Virus record (IMG/VR): IMGVR_UViG_3300033233_000014 | Location: 47,630-111,629 of that record | Origin: a virus | DNA: 64,000 nt | Reading direction: 5' to 3' (one strand) | Shown here: positions 23,094-32,681 of the stretch, piece by piece | Layout of the letters: the number at the start of each line of letters is the position of its first letter | Position numbering within the stretch: position 1 is the stretch's first letter | Notes under the pieces: model-generated | The model's database searches: none | Seen by the model: only the letters and a program-made list of their open reading frames with translations | Told to the model about the DNA's origin: nothing | Position numbers and translations under genes: made by a program

Positions 23094-23353
23094 TACCGCA
23101 CTCCCATCTCAGCGAGGCAGCAGTCGCAGCCCCCGCACCCGACCGGCCCCGCGCACATCTCCCGCTCCTCGGCGAGCAGCGCCTGCGCCTCGGCCTCCGC
23201 CTCACGCTCGGCCGCCCGCGCCTCATCGGCCGCGATCTCGGCCGCGAGACGCTCCGCTCGATCCGCGTCGATGGCGGCCTGCGCCGCCCGCGCCCCGAGC
23301 ATCTGCTCCCGCAGCATCCGCGTGATGAACTCGTCCACCACGCTCATCCCCAT
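23093..23353 (-). CDS. hypothetical protein
   Basis: first ORF after a promoter, GGAGG SD. Confidence 0.62.
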   Translation of the reverse strand: MGMSVVDEFITRMLREQMLGARAAQAAIDADRAERLAAEIAADEARAAEREAEAEAQALLAEEREMCAGPVGCGGCDCCLAEMGVR

Positions 23354-23383
23354 CGCCGTCCTCCCTTCATTCCTCATGCCCAG

Positions 23384-23412
23384 ATTGTACCCGATGCTTG
23401 TACTTTTGTCAA
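23384..23412 (-). promoter_or_regulatory. sigma70-type phage promoter
   Basis: TTGACA-17-TACAAT with ATCGGG. Confidence 0.85.
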
Positions 23413-23531
23413 GGGCCGCAACGAGATTCCATGCGCCACGGAATCCGTAGGGTGTCAATGGGTTACGAAAAGAGAGCGGCCCAGGGCCAGGCGGGAGGAG
23501 GACGGCCTGCCCGCGCTGGCCCCGGAACCGC

Positions 23532-23891
23532 TCAAAGTCCGCCCAGTCCCTCCTCGTCGGGGTTGAGCCCCAAATCGATCATCAACCGCCGCAGCGCCGT
23601 GCGCAGACTTGCCACTCCTGCGCCGAGTCCGTCGAGTCGCTGCTCCGTCTTCTCGCGGAACTCGCGCGCCGTTCGCTCCGCACCAGTCTCGCGCTCGCTC
23701 GCCGTCGCCGTCCGATCGCCACCCGACGGTGGTGCCGCGTGCGCTTCGGTGGCGTCCGGCCCGCATGCCACATGCGTCGCCGGCCGCCCCGGCGCCCAGA
23801 GAATCGGATCCCCCACTTCGATCGGATCGCTGCAGACGTCGCAGCGCCCCTCGAACTGCGCCGGGATCTCGCGGTACTCGCGGTCGCTCAC
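23532..23891 (-). CDS. hypothetical protein with zinc-ribbon N-terminus
   Basis: AQFEGRCDVC...IEVGD...HVAC. Confidence 0.65.
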   Translation of the reverse strand: MSDREYREIPAQFEGRCDVCSDPIEVGDPILWAPGRPATHVACGPDATEAHAAPPSGGDRTATASERETGAERTAREFREKTEQRLDGLGAGVASLRTALRRLMIDLGLNPDEEGLGGL

Positions 23892-24136
23892 GCGCGTGCC
23901 TCCTCGTCATCCCAGATACCCCGCACCCAGTCCAACGCCTCTTCGAAGGCGTGGCCGGGTTGTGTCTCCGACGCCTGCATCGCCTCGGCGCTCGCCCACA
24001 CGACTCGCCGGCCGCGGCAACGCGCACATTCGAAGTACGTCCGGCCCCAGCCTTCGCGCACAACACGCCAGCGGTGCCAGAGCCGGCACAGGAACGGCAG
24101 GGGGCCGCGGCAGATGGTGATTGTCGGGTTCTTCAT
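23888..24136 (-). CDS. hypothetical protein
   Basis: LCRLWHRW...CARC. Confidence 0.55.
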   Translation of the reverse strand: MKNPTITICRGPLPFLCRLWHRWRVVREGWGRTYFECARCRGRRVVWASAEAMQASETQPGHAFEEALDWVRGIWDDEEARA

Positions 24137-24285
24137 CGTGTTCCTCCGATCCATCGCGGCAGGCTGGACCTGAACCAGGCCCACCCCCCGGCCAGCGCCG
24201 TCGACCCGCCGATCGCCCAGAGGATCAGCACGTCGAACAGCCCGCCATCGAGCATTCAGCCCATCGGCAACGTCATCGTGTCCTC

Positions 24286-24813
24286 CTACCGCACCCGGAA
24301 CCCGCCGTACTCGGCCGCCTTGGCGAGCCAGTCGAGCCACTCGCCCCAGAATACGTTCGCCTCGGCCTCGGGCCAGTCCTGCTCCTTGACGATCCGCTCA
24401 CGCTTCGCCTTCGCCAGCGCCGCCCGGATCTCCTCGGGATGGACGAGCCAGTCGTCGTTGCTGCAGAACTTCCGAATCGGCATCCCCGTCACGGGCTCCG
24501 CCGCCCGGAAGTCGATCGGCGGGATGCCCTTCCCTGGCGTCGGCTCGACCTCGCGCAGATCGAGCATGCCCTGCACCTCCATCTCGGCCCGGAGTGACCG
24601 CATGCCCCAGACGTTCGCGCGGAAGTAGGCGCCGCACTTCTCGGCGCCCTTGATGTAGCGCCCGTAGAGTTCGCCCCCCCGCCCCACGAGTGCCTTCGCC
24701 TGTTCCGGCTCCGTCTTGTGCAGCCGATCCGCCTCCTCCCACAGCCGATCCGCCTCGGTGCTCAACTCCGCGAGGTTGCCCGGCGGCTGCTCCCAGTACA
24801 TGTCGTAGCCCAT
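24286..24813 (-). CDS. hypothetical protein
   Basis: MGYDMY...YFRANVWGM...KFCSND. Confidence 0.7.
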   Translation of the reverse strand: MGYDMYWEQPPGNLAELSTEADRLWEEADRLHKTEPEQAKALVGRGGELYGRYIKGAEKCGAYFRANVWGMRSLRAEMEVQGMLDLREVEPTPGKGIPPIDFRAAEPVTGMPIRKFCSNDDWLVHPEEIRAALAKAKRERIVKEQDWPEAEANVFWGEWLDWLAKAAEYGGFRVR

Positions 24814-25179
24814 CTACGCGATCTCCCTCTCCGAGAGCCGCTCCGACACCTTCGGCTGCGCCGTCTCCCCAAGGATGTGCTCGACGTCGATCACGGCGCC
24901 GCTCGGCAGCGCGTCCCAGTTGTCGTGGATGAAGCGATGCGCCGTCGGCATCGTGCGCCCGCCCCAGACCGCCGGATCGTGCTGCGCCTCGCACGTCACC
25001 AGCCGCATCAGGACGACGTACTCCCGCTGCTCGTCCCCGGAGAGCCCAAATCCGGCCCGCGCCAGGAGGTAGCGGTCGAGATCGCGCCCCGGGTCGAGAT
25101 CGTGCCCCGGCTCGAGCCGGACAGCGAGTGCCGGGATGAACGTCGCACGGTCGCGGATCTCGAAGGTCTTTGTCTCCAT
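24814..25179 (-). CDS. hypothetical protein
   Basis: FEIRDRATFIP...VIDVEHILGE. Confidence 0.7.
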   Translation of the reverse strand: METKTFEIRDRATFIPALAVRLEPGHDLDPGRDLDRYLLARAGFGLSGDEQREYVVLMRLVTCEAQHDPAVWGGRTMPTAHRFIHDNWDALPSGAVIDVEHILGETAQPKVSERLSEREIA

Positions 25180-25181
25180 GC

Positions 25182-25691
25182 CTACTGCCCCGGGAGCCCG
25201 GACTCCCCGCGCTCGTCCTTGTCCTCGATCACCTTCGGCCCCTCGGGCGTCAGCCCGAGCACCATGACGCCGCTGCGCCGCCCGAACGTCACGCGCTTCT
25301 GGGCCTTCATGTTCGGGAAGACGACTTCCTTGCCCTCGTCCGAGTACTCATCGCGCCGCACCTCGTCCCACGCGAGGTACTCGGCGACCGGCACCCACTT
25401 CCGGCCGAAATTCGACAGCCACGCCTTCCCCTCGTCGAAGGTGTAGGCGAAGTCCGTCGTCCGCGAGTCATCCCACGGCCACGGCCACCCGTGCTCGGGG
25501 AGCGTGGCATCCTCGCGCTTCGCCAGCATCTCGCCGACCGCGGTGCGGAACGCCCGCTCGTCGGTAGCCTGCATCACCGCCGGATGACTCTTGGTGAGTC
25601 CCCCGCCATCCGGGTAGCCGTCCCACGCCGTCGAGCCGAGCCACTCGATCTTCTTGCCCTTCCCGATGTAGTAGTCCGACCGCGTCCCCAT
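25182..25691 (-). CDS. conserved phage hypothetical protein
   Basis: MGTRSD...WDGYP. Confidence 0.72.
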   Translation of the reverse strand: MGTRSDYYIGKGKKIEWLGSTAWDGYPDGGGLTKSHPAVMQATDERAFRTAVGEMLAKREDATLPEHGWPWPWDDSRTTDFAYTFDEGKAWLSNFGRKWVPVAEYLAWDEVRRDEYSDEGKEVVFPNMKAQKRVTFGRRSGVMVLGLTPEGPKVIEDKDERGESGLPGQ

Positions 25692-25703
25692 GCCGTCCTC
25701 CTT

Positions 25704-25973
25704 CTACGCGCCTCGAAGCGCGTGGGTTGCCCACTTCACGATCTTCTCCCCGAACCGCTGGCAGATCTCCCGATAGCACGGATGGTTCAGCAGCCGCTGC
25801 GTCACCGTCCAGCGATCCGCAATCGGCATCCCCGACACTCGCTCGAGGTGCTGGCGCAGCGGGCGCAGCGCTAGCCGCATCGCCTTGTCGTCGCCCTTCG
25901 CCCGCTCCAGCGCCGTGACGGCCGTGCGGAGCATCGCGTCGAGCCCGCCCTTGGGTTCCGCCGGGCTAGTCAT
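25704..25973 (-). CDS. hypothetical protein
   Basis: coupled ORF. Confidence 0.55.
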   Translation of the reverse strand: MTSPAEPKGGLDAMLRTAVTALERAKGDDKAMRLALRPLRQHLERVSGMPIADRWTVTQRLLNHPCYREICQRFGEKIVKWATHALRGA

Positions 25974-26505
25974 AGACGATGCGCCCCGCCTTCGTCGTGA
26001 CGACGTTCTTCTTCACGACGATCTTCCCGACATCGCCCTGCTCCTCCCCCTCCCACGTCACCTCGCCGCTCAGGACGTAGTCCCACGGCTTGAGGAAGTG
26101 CGTGATCAGGTACTGGAGCCATTCGACGTAGGCGTAGAACTTCTCGCCCTCGTCCCAGACGATCGCGGTGCCCTCGGCGTTCGGCACCCATTGGCACCAG
26201 AGGCCGGGCTGCCCCTTCGGGGGCTCGTTGTGATCGCGGACAGAGGGATCCTCTCCCTGCCCGAAGTCCGGCGCCTCGACACGGCCCGTCTTCCGGTCGA
26301 GTCGCGCGCTCCCGACGTAGTAGCCGCCCTCGGTTCCGATCAGGAGTCCAGCATCCAGCCGGATCGGATCTTCAATGCGTGCCGCCTTCGCCGCGTCACG
26401 CTTCATGCGGCGCGTCTCGGCGAACGCCTGGAGGTAGCGCCGGTGCTTGGCTGCCAGCGGCTTGTTCAGCGCGAACTCGCCCGTGAAGTTGGTGGTGTAG
26501 CCCAT
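25966..26505 (-). CDS. conserved phage hypothetical protein
   Basis: MGYTTNFTG...PGLWCQW...EKFY..VEWLQYLI. Confidence 0.75.
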   Translation of the reverse strand: MGYTTNFTGEFALNKPLAAKHRRYLQAFAETRRMKRDAAKAARIEDPIRLDAGLLIGTEGGYYVGSARLDRKTGRVEAPDFGQGEDPSVRDHNEPPKGQPGLWCQWVPNAEGTAIVWDEGEKFYAYVEWLQYLITHFLKPWDYVLSGEVTWEGEEQGDVGKIVVKKNVVTTKAGRIVYD

Positions 26506-26533
26506 CGCTTCTCCTCCGCGCGCTCCGCGCGAG

Positions 26534-26755
26534 TTAGACCTCGAACTCGCGATCCGAGAGCATGATGATCGGGCCCGCGCCACGCGGCTCGGCGTCCGTC
26601 TGCCCCTGGACCGCCACGAGCGGACGATCCGTCACCTCGTCCCCATCGATCTCGGCCGTGAGCATGATCTGGGCCTGCTCGGGATCCGTGCAGCCCATCT
26701 CGCGCAGGTCGAGTTCGGCCCCCGCCAGCAGCACCCTGAGTCGTGCAAGAGTCAT
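26534..26755 (-). CDS. hypothetical protein
   Basis: TAATG-coupled ORF. Confidence 0.55.
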   Translation of the reverse strand: MTLARLRVLLAGAELDLREMGCTDPEQAQIMLTAEIDGDEVTDRPLVAVQGQTDAEPRGAGPIIMLSDREFEV

Positions 26756-27003
26756 TAGTTCGTTCCTCCCTTGAGGGCGCGGCGCATCACGCGCGCCCGC
26801 GCCTGGGCCTCGTGTCCCACCGAAAGCAGCGTGAGCAGGAGGCGCTTGAGCGCCCCACGCACCCGCTGCGGCTCCCCGCCATCGAGCGACAGGAACGTGA
26901 GCCCCTCGGGCGTCTCGGGGAAGTGGAGCACCGCCCCGTAGGGCGTCTCGATCCCGATCATCGGCCCCGCCGTCCGCGCCTGAGATTCGCTCGCCGTCTT
27001 CAT
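26755..27003 (-). CDS. hypothetical protein
   Basis: ATGA-coupled ORF. Confidence 0.55.
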   Translation of the reverse strand: MKTASESQARTAGPMIGIETPYGAVLHFPETPEGLTFLSLDGGEPQRVRGALKRLLLTLLSVGHEAQARARVMRRALKGGTN

Positions 27004-27206
27004 CGTCCGCCCTCCCATCCGATGTTCTTGCTGGCGCGAACATGCCCGCCCGGCCCGACCTCTTCGCGCTTCTTCATGACTTCGGCGTAGTAGGCACCAA
27101 CATCTCCCTGGAACCACGGCGAACCCGACGGCTCGTTGCGCCACCTCTCCAGCAGCGATTCGTAGTCGGCCTCGTCGATCCACGCCTTCATTTCAATCGG
27201 GATCAT
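27000..27206 (-). CDS. phage hypothetical protein
   Basis: WID.ADYESLL.RWR...FQG...SKNIGW; follows a promoter. Confidence 0.68.
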   Translation of the reverse strand: MIPIEMKAWIDEADYESLLERWRNEPSGSPWFQGDVGAYYAEVMKKREEVGPGGHVRASKNIGWEGGR

Positions 27207-27228
27207 GCCGTCCTCCTTCACGCCCAAG

Positions 27229-27257
27229 ATTGTACCCGATGCGTTGGCTTTTGTCAA
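27229..27257 (-). promoter_or_regulatory. sigma70-type phage promoter
   Basis: TTGACA-17-TACAAT with ATCGGG. Confidence 0.85.
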
Positions 27258-27652
27258 GCCGTCTTCTGCTCCTCGCGCTCCCGATCTGCCTGGGCGGCGA
27301 CGCACGCGCGCAGCCGCTGCGCGATGTACTTGGCCGCCTGTTGGGGCGTGCGGAAGAACTTCCGCGCGGCGTAGACCTCTTCCGAGGGCGCCCCGCCGTT
27401 CCCCCGGCACGAAGACCACCGCGGATCCTCGTAGACCACGATGTCGTCCGAGTTGCGATTCTCGGCGAAGGTGAAGGCCGGCACGCCGTCCCCGAAGACC
27501 GACAGCGTCAGCCCCTGCTCCCGCCCGTTCAAGTACGGGTAGATGTACCCATTGTTCATGCAGCCCGGCGATTGCCAGTCGCGCAGTTCGCGCCGCAGCG
27601 CCGTCGCCACCTGATCCGCCCGCCGCATTGACGTCGTCCGTTGGATTTGCAT
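27254..27652 (-). CDS. hypothetical protein
   Basis: NGREQG...FAENRNSDDIVVY; follows a promoter. Confidence 0.7.
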   Translation of the reverse strand: MQIQRTTSMRRADQVATALRRELRDWQSPGCMNNGYIYPYLNGREQGLTLSVFGDGVPAFTFAENRNSDDIVVYEDPRWSSCRGNGGAPSEEVYAARKFFRTPQQAAKYIAQRLRACVAAQADREREEQKTA

Positions 27653-27671
27653 GTCCGTCCTCCTACTTCAT

Positions 27672-27700
27672 ATCATACCCGATGTGGCTACTTTTGTCAA
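27672..27700 (-). promoter_or_regulatory. sigma70-type phage promoter
   Basis: TTGACA-17-TATGAT with ATCGGG. Confidence 0.85.
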
Positions 27701-27814
27701 GAATGAATCCGGAATGAATCTGGAGGCCAAGAATGGCGACAGGTGGGGGTGCGTGCATGGCCGCTTATGGCCCAGGCGTACCAAAGCGCCCCGGATCAGC
27801 GTCCCGGCGTCTCC

Positions 27815-28078
27815 CTACGCGCCCGGCTTCTTGTCCTGGGGATGCACCGCCCCAGGCTCCGGCACGTTGGTCTTGTCGAGCACCGGCGCTGCCTGCGCGT
27901 CCTTGAGCATGTTCTGCAGGCACTCCACCACCTCGTCCCGCGTGTCGCCCACCGCGCCGACGGGATCCTCGGTGATAGCCCACACCCGCCCCTGCGCGTC
28001 GAAGAACGCCTCGTGGATGCCGAACGCCTCGGTACCGTCCTGCTCCACCTGCCGCACGATTCGGTAGTTCCAGCCCAT
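27815..28078 (-). CDS. phage hypothetical protein
   Basis: WNYRIV...IHEAFFD. Confidence 0.7.
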   Translation of the reverse strand: MGWNYRIVRQVEQDGTEAFGIHEAFFDAQGRVWAITEDPVGAVGDTRDEVVECLQNMLKDAQAAPVLDKTNVPEPGAVHPQDKKPGA

Positions 28079-28087
28079 GCGAGCCTC

Positions 28088-28366
28088 CTAGACGAAGTCG
28101 ATCTCGATGCCTTCGGGAATCGGAAACTCGTGACCGCAGAAGCGGCCCGTCTGGTCGTTGTTGCGGCACTCGAGCCGCGGGTTCGTCCCGTCGTCGTAGC
28201 CCTCGCCCGTCTCGTAGCGGCCCGAGACGCGCAGCACGCCGTGCTCGTTGAAGCCCTCGACGTTCCGGTGGTTCACGATGTCCTCGATGTACCGGAACGC
28301 CTCGATGCCCCCGCACTCCGGGCACCGGATCTCGATCTTCGTGCCGCTCTGGGTGGTTCCCGTCAT
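28088..28366 (-). CDS. zinc-ribbon hypothetical protein
   Basis: CPECG...CGHEF. Confidence 0.65.
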   Translation of the reverse strand: MTGTTQSGTKIEIRCPECGGIEAFRYIEDIVNHRNVEGFNEHGVLRVSGRYETGEGYDDGTNPRLECRNNDQTGRFCGHEFPIPEGIEIDFV

Positions 28367-28656
28367 GGCGTCCCCTTCCGGCGCAGATGCGACACGCGCG
28401 GCCAGTAGAGCGTCGGCCGCCCGCGCGGGCTCTTCGGCGGCACCGCCACGAGGTAGCTCTCGTGCCTGCGGCTCATCCCGAACGCGGTCGTCCGAAGCGC
28501 GAAGTCCTCAAGATTCTTCCCCACGACGAGGAGCGCCCCCTCGACCGTCTGCTCGGGCGGCACCACCGCGAGCACCTGCCCCGTCTTTCGCGTGGAGTGG
28601 CTCGCCGACTGGCTCTCCCAGGCCACCCGCGCCCCGATCTCGAACGTCTCGCTCAT
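28363..28656 (-). CDS. phage hypothetical protein
   Basis: VAWESQS...RRHESYLV...LYWPRV. Confidence 0.68.
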   Translation of the reverse strand: MSETFEIGARVAWESQSASHSTRKTGQVLAVVPPEQTVEGALLVVGKNLEDFALRTTAFGMSRRHESYLVAVPPKSPRGRPTLYWPRVSHLRRKGTP

Positions 28657-29471
28657 CTACGGTCCCCTTTTTCAGCGACGATCACGTTCTTGTCGGCCAA
28701 GAACTCCGCGCCGCACGAACATACCCACTTGACGTCGACCCGCACTTTTCCGATTTGCTTCACCTCGATGCCCCCGCTCACATACTCGATTGCCACAACG
28801 CGCTCTTCCATGACCTGGAACGGCCCCGAGGTGTTCCCGCACTTGGGGCAGCACACCATCTCCTCAAACGCGGCGACGACGGGCGCCGGCGCCTTCTCCC
28901 TCACCTTCAGCGGCATCTGCGTCTCCGCGGTGAGGGCCTCAATCACCTCGTCCGACACCAGCCCCTTCTTCGAACTCCGATCGAGTTCGTCGAGGACGCT
29001 TCCGATGCTGTGCTGGGCCGCATCAAGACGCTGGAGCAGAACTGAAAACTCATCCCGAACTTCGGCCCCATACCTGGCGAGGAAATCCGGGAGGCCCACC
29101 AACCTCTTGTTGAGCGCGCCCGACGACTGCACCAGCGTGAACCCGTCCGTCGCCGCCGTCCAGGCCACCTTGAACAGCCGGAGCATGGTCCGGGCCTTCG
29201 CGCGCTCCAGATCCCCCGCCTCCCGGAGTTGCGTGATCTGCCGCCCCGCCTCCATCTTCTCCTTCTCCCAGACGGCTTCCCCGTTCTCGGCGCGTCGCCC
29301 GAGCCGCTCGATCTCCTGCCGCTGCGTCCGGATCTCCTGCACCAGGCCGAGAATGCCCGGCTTTGCCTCCTGCGCGAACTGCAGCACCGCGGGCGTGATG
29401 TCCGCGCGGGTCTTCACGGGCTCGGTGCGCCGCGCCAGTTCCGCGAGTTTGGCGATCTCCTTCTCGGTCAC
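28653..29471 (-). CDS. coiled-coil hypothetical protein with C-terminal zinc ribbon
   Basis: GTGA-coupled; CPKCG...CSCG. Confidence 0.62.
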   Translation of the reverse strand: MTEKEIAKLAELARRTEPVKTRADITPAVLQFAQEAKPGILGLVQEIRTQRQEIERLGRRAENGEAVWEKEKMEAGRQITQLREAGDLERAKARTMLRLFKVAWTAATDGFTLVQSSGALNKRLVGLPDFLARYGAEVRDEFSVLLQRLDAAQHSIGSVLDELDRSSKKGLVSDEVIEALTAETQMPLKVREKAPAPVVAAFEEMVCCPKCGNTSGPFQVMEERVVAIEYVSGGIEVKQIGKVRVDVKWVCSCGAEFLADKNVIVAEKGDRR

Positions 29472-29938
29472 GCGCCGCCCTCCGCCTCCGAGAAGTGATC
29501 CCCACACACCCGTTCGTAGCCGCCGTTCGCCGTCGGCCGCCCGCACGTCTCCATCCCATCACAGCCCTCGCGCTGGCACTTCCGCTCTGGAACCGGCTTC
29601 GGATCCGGCCATCCGAGTACGTCGAACGCGTGCTCGAGCGCCGAGAGGCCGCCGGTGAAGATGCGCGGCACGCCGTCGGCGGGCCCGGCCTCGTAGGCGA
29701 ACTGGTTCGTCATGTCCTCGAGGGCGTCCCGCATGTCGGCCAGCGCCGGGCCCACCGGCCCGAGGCTTCGGACGTAGGCCGCCAGTGACTCCAGTTCCAG
29801 CGCCGCGAACGCCTGCTCGCCCCCCGTCAGCTTCCCGGGCACCACCGGCGCGCGGCGCCATCCCTCGGCCCTCCGGTCGCACTCGGCCGCAATCTGCGCC
29901 CGCGCCGCCTCGATCACGGCCGTGATCTGGTCAGACAC
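29468..29938 (-). CDS. hypothetical protein
   Basis: TGGLSALEHAFDVLGW. Confidence 0.62.
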   Translation of the reverse strand: MSDQITAVIEAARAQIAAECDRRAEGWRRAPVVPGKLTGGEQAFAALELESLAAYVRSLGPVGPALADMRDALEDMTNQFAYEAGPADGVPRIFTGGLSALEHAFDVLGWPDPKPVPERKCQREGCDGMETCGRPTANGGYERVCGDHFSEAEGGA

Positions 29939-30179
29939 CGGCGGCTCCCTGCTGGCGCCGCGCGCTGCACTCGGCCATGTACGTGCCGATCCGCTTGCCC
30001 GCCCGCATCGTCTTCCGCAGCAGGTTGTCGTACTCGCGCCGCTCCGGCGTCCGCAGGCACGCCCGCGTGTAGGCGCGGAAGGCGCGCTGCGATTCCCGTC
30101 CGAGCGCCGCGAAACGCGCCTGCAGGCGCCGGATCGTGGCCCGCTCCCGCTTCGTGGACCCCAGGTTATCGGCCTCCAT
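29931..30179 (-). CDS. basic hypothetical protein
   Basis: ORF with GGAGG SD. Confidence 0.5.
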   Translation of the reverse strand: MEADNLGSTKRERATIRRLQARFAALGRESQRAFRAYTRACLRTPERREYDNLLRKTMRAGKRIGTYMAECSARRQQGAAGV

Positions 30180-30705
30180 GCGCCTCCCCCTCAACATGCG
30201 GGTACGACGCCGCCACCTTCCCGAACAGCGCGAGCGCGTCGATCACCGAGATCGTGTTCCGCAGCAGGCGCACGATGGCCGGCGGCATGGCGAAGCGCGT
30301 CTCGTTGATCCGCAGGCTCGCCTCGAGGCTCCCGTCCCGGTGGCGCAGCGTCGCCGCCTTCCAGTCGCAGAGCATCTCGAGGAGATCGAACAGGTTCATC
30401 CCCGCGATGCCGTCGGGGTGGTATTCAGGATGGTGGGAGTTGTGCGCGTAGTGGTGCGCGAGGGCCGGGCCCATCTCGCGCAGGCAGGCCCGGTACTCCT
30501 CGGAGCCGTAGGTGAGGGTCGCGAGCCGGGCGGTGAAGACCGCGTACATGGCGTCCTCGGGCGCCTCCAACTTCGACCGATCGTGCCCGTCCGCCCGCGC
30601 CGCGAGTTCGAGGATGCACCCGAGCAGGAGCGACCGGACGGTGAGGATGTGGCGCATCGTCTCGGCCGCGACGGTAGCGATCTCGGCCTGCGTCGGTTCA
30701 GACAT
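30166..30705 (-). CDS. DUF5662-like HD-superfamily protein
   Basis: H...HDRSK...HHYAHNSHHPE...EMLCDW. Confidence 0.8.
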   Translation of the reverse strand: MSEPTQAEIATVAAETMRHILTVRSLLLGCILELAARADGHDRSKLEAPEDAMYAVFTARLATLTYGSEEYRACLREMGPALAHHYAHNSHHPEYHPDGIAGMNLFDLLEMLCDWKAATLRHRDGSLEASLRINETRFAMPPAIVRLLRNTISVIDALALFGKVAASYPHVEGEAHGGR

Positions 30706-30729
30706 GGACGTTCTCCCGATGCGCGGGCA

Positions 30730-31062
30730 TCAGTTGGCCGAGGGCTTGGGCACCGGCTTCGGCGCCGGCCCGATCGGCTCCCACCAGCATTGACACCCGT
30801 AGATGATCGTCCGCCCGTTCTTCATCGGCGTGTCGAGCACGATCTTCGGATTCCCTCGGGACTCCTCGATCTCGGCACCCGGCGGGAACTTGCTGTGATC
30901 GGTGAGATCGGGCCAGTCTTCGGCGTCGTGTTCCGAGAGGAGCGTCCCCTCGGCGTCCACGACGTAGTAGACCGTGGCCTCACCGACGTAGGTGCCTTCG
31001 CCGAGCGGCGTCTTGCCGTCCCCCGCAAAGACCCGAACCCGCGTGCCTGATGCTCTCCGCAT
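30730..31062 (-). CDS. hypothetical protein (probably leaderless)
   Basis: NPKIVLD...IYGCQCWW; ATG about 8 nt after the -10. Confidence 0.65.
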   Translation of the reverse strand: MRRASGTRVRVFAGDGKTPLGEGTYVGEATVYYVVDAEGTLLSEHDAEDWPDLTDHSKFPPGAEIEESRGNPKIVLDTPMKNGRTIIYGCQCWWEPIGPAPKPVPKPSAN

Positions 31063-31070
31063 ATGCCCGT

Positions 31071-31098
31071 ATTGTACCTGAACGGCTACTTTTGTCAA
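31071..31098 (-). promoter_or_regulatory. sigma70-type promoter
   Basis: TTGACA-16-TACAAT. Confidence 0.78.
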
Positions 31099-31103
31099 CC
31101 GCT

Positions 31104-31730
31104 TTATCCCTGCAGCAGCCGATCCGGCAGCGCCAGGATCACGCCAGCGATGCGCCGGCCGATGACCGCCGAATCCATGTGACTCTGCGCCGCCGCCGGG
31201 GCATCCGGCTCCTTCTCGAGCGCGATCCGATCCTGGCTGTCGGCCCACGTCTCGGCGACCTTCGCGCACGCCTCACGCTCGTCGCGCACCGCCTGCTGCC
31301 TCTCCCGGGCCGCCACGCCTTTCGCCTTGGACAACTTCTCCTGGTGCTTCAGGAAGTCCTGCCGCAGCGTCTCGGTGTCCGCCCGGTACCGTTCCAACTC
31401 AGCCCGCGCGTCGGCCGACTCGACAGCGTGGTGCTTCGCCATCATGCCGCGCTCCTCGGCGATCCGCAGCGTGCTGTCCCGCGCGGACTCGGCTGCCAGG
31501 GCACGGGCGCGCCAGTCCACCGCCAACATGCAGCAGATCGACCCGGCCGTGGACCAGCAGATCCCGTCGTACCACTTCTGGACGCCCTGCCATTGATGGA
31601 GTTGCCCTGCCCCAGGTTCGGGGACGCCGTTCGGACACTCGGCGGCGAACCGCTCGCTGTCCCGCGCCGTGCTCTTCGGCCGATCGCAGATCGGGCACCG
31701 CTCTACCAGCTCCAGTTCACCCACGCGCAC
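31104..31730 (-). CDS. hypothetical protein (Cys module plus coiled coil)
   Basis: RCPICDR...AVDWRARA shared with 32001-32681. Confidence 0.62.
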   Translation of the reverse strand: MRVGELELVERCPICDRPKSTARDSERFAAECPNGVPEPGAGQLHQWQGVQKWYDGICWSTAGSICCMLAVDWRARALAAESARDSTLRIAEERGMMAKHHAVESADARAELERYRADTETLRQDFLKHQEKLSKAKGVAARERQQAVRDEREACAKVAETWADSQDRIALEKEPDAPAAAQSHMDSAVIGRRIAGVILALPDRLLQG

Positions 31731-32004
31731 CTCGTCGAGGAGTCAGCAGCGGCCCGAACAAGTCGAGCACCCGATCCGTCGCCGCCTGAAGGAGTGCCTC
31801 GTCCACCGTCTCCCCAAACAGCCCCGTCGCCACCAACGCCTGCAGATATTTCCACAGGGCGGGCGGGACGTACACGATCATCTTGCGCGCGAGTCCCGCG
31901 CCGCGCGCTTGGTGCGCCCAACAAGTCGTGGAACCCGGATGCGGCGCGTGCCGGCACCGCCGGCCGTCGAACTGCCGATGCGCGGTGCAGTAGACGCGAT
32001 TCAT
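31717..32004 (-). CDS. hypothetical protein
   Basis: ATGA-coupled ORF. Confidence 0.55.
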   Translation of the reverse strand: MNRVYCTAHRQFDGRRCRHAPHPGSTTCWAHQARGAGLARKMIVYVPPALWKYLQALVATGLFGETVDEALLQAATDRVLDLFGPLLTPRRGARG

Positions 32005-32681
32005 GGCTTCGCGGCGAGCGCCAAACGCAAGACTTCGATACGATTCGTCTCGATCATGGTGAAGTTGCCGCGGCTCCGGCTGTCCGCGTTGCCTTCGAGG
32101 TCGGCGAGGACGCACTCGATGGCCGTTCGGAAGCAGTCCCGCTCGCCGAGCATCGGCGCCACGTCGCGGTGCAGCAGGCGCGCGTACCGCTCGGGCAGCC
32201 CGAAGTAGTCCGGGTTCGCGAGCATCTCCTCAAGCGCCTTCGCGCCCCGCAGGTACTCCAACTCGTCAGAGTCGTCCGCGATCTTCCAGAGTGCTTGATC
32301 CTTGGCAACCTGCGTGGCGAGTCGGTCCCGCTCCGCCTCCGCGGTGGCGAGGCGGTCGAGGACAGCACAGATCGCCAACCGAGTGCGAACCAACAGTTCT
32401 TCTGGCGCCATGAACGCATTGGCTTTCACGTTGAGCACGATGCTGATGTCAACCGTGAAGTTTGTGAGGCGCGTCAGTTCCTTCTCGGCCTGCCGCGCCC
32501 GTGCCTGCCAGTCCACGGCGCGCTTGTCGCACTCGGCCGCCCAACGAGGCACGAACTCGCCAGTCCCTTCATGGGCGCTGTACCGATGGCACTCCGCCGC
32601 GATGTGCTCGTCGCTGATGTGCCACGGCGGGCGCGAGCAGATCAGCCGATCACAGATCTGACAGCGGGCGGGCTCACTCAC
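32001..32681 (-). CDS. hypothetical protein (Cys module plus coiled coil)
   Basis: RCQICDR...AVDWQARA. Confidence 0.62.
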   Translation of the reverse strand: MSEPARCQICDRLICSRPPWHISDEHIAAECHRYSAHEGTGEFVPRWAAECDKRAVDWQARARQAEKELTRLTNFTVDISIVLNVKANAFMAPEELLVRTRLAICAVLDRLATAEAERDRLATQVAKDQALWKIADDSDELEYLRGAKALEEMLANPDYFGLPERYARLLHRDVAPMLGERDCFRTAIECVLADLEGNADSRSRGNFTMIETNRIEVLRLALAAKP

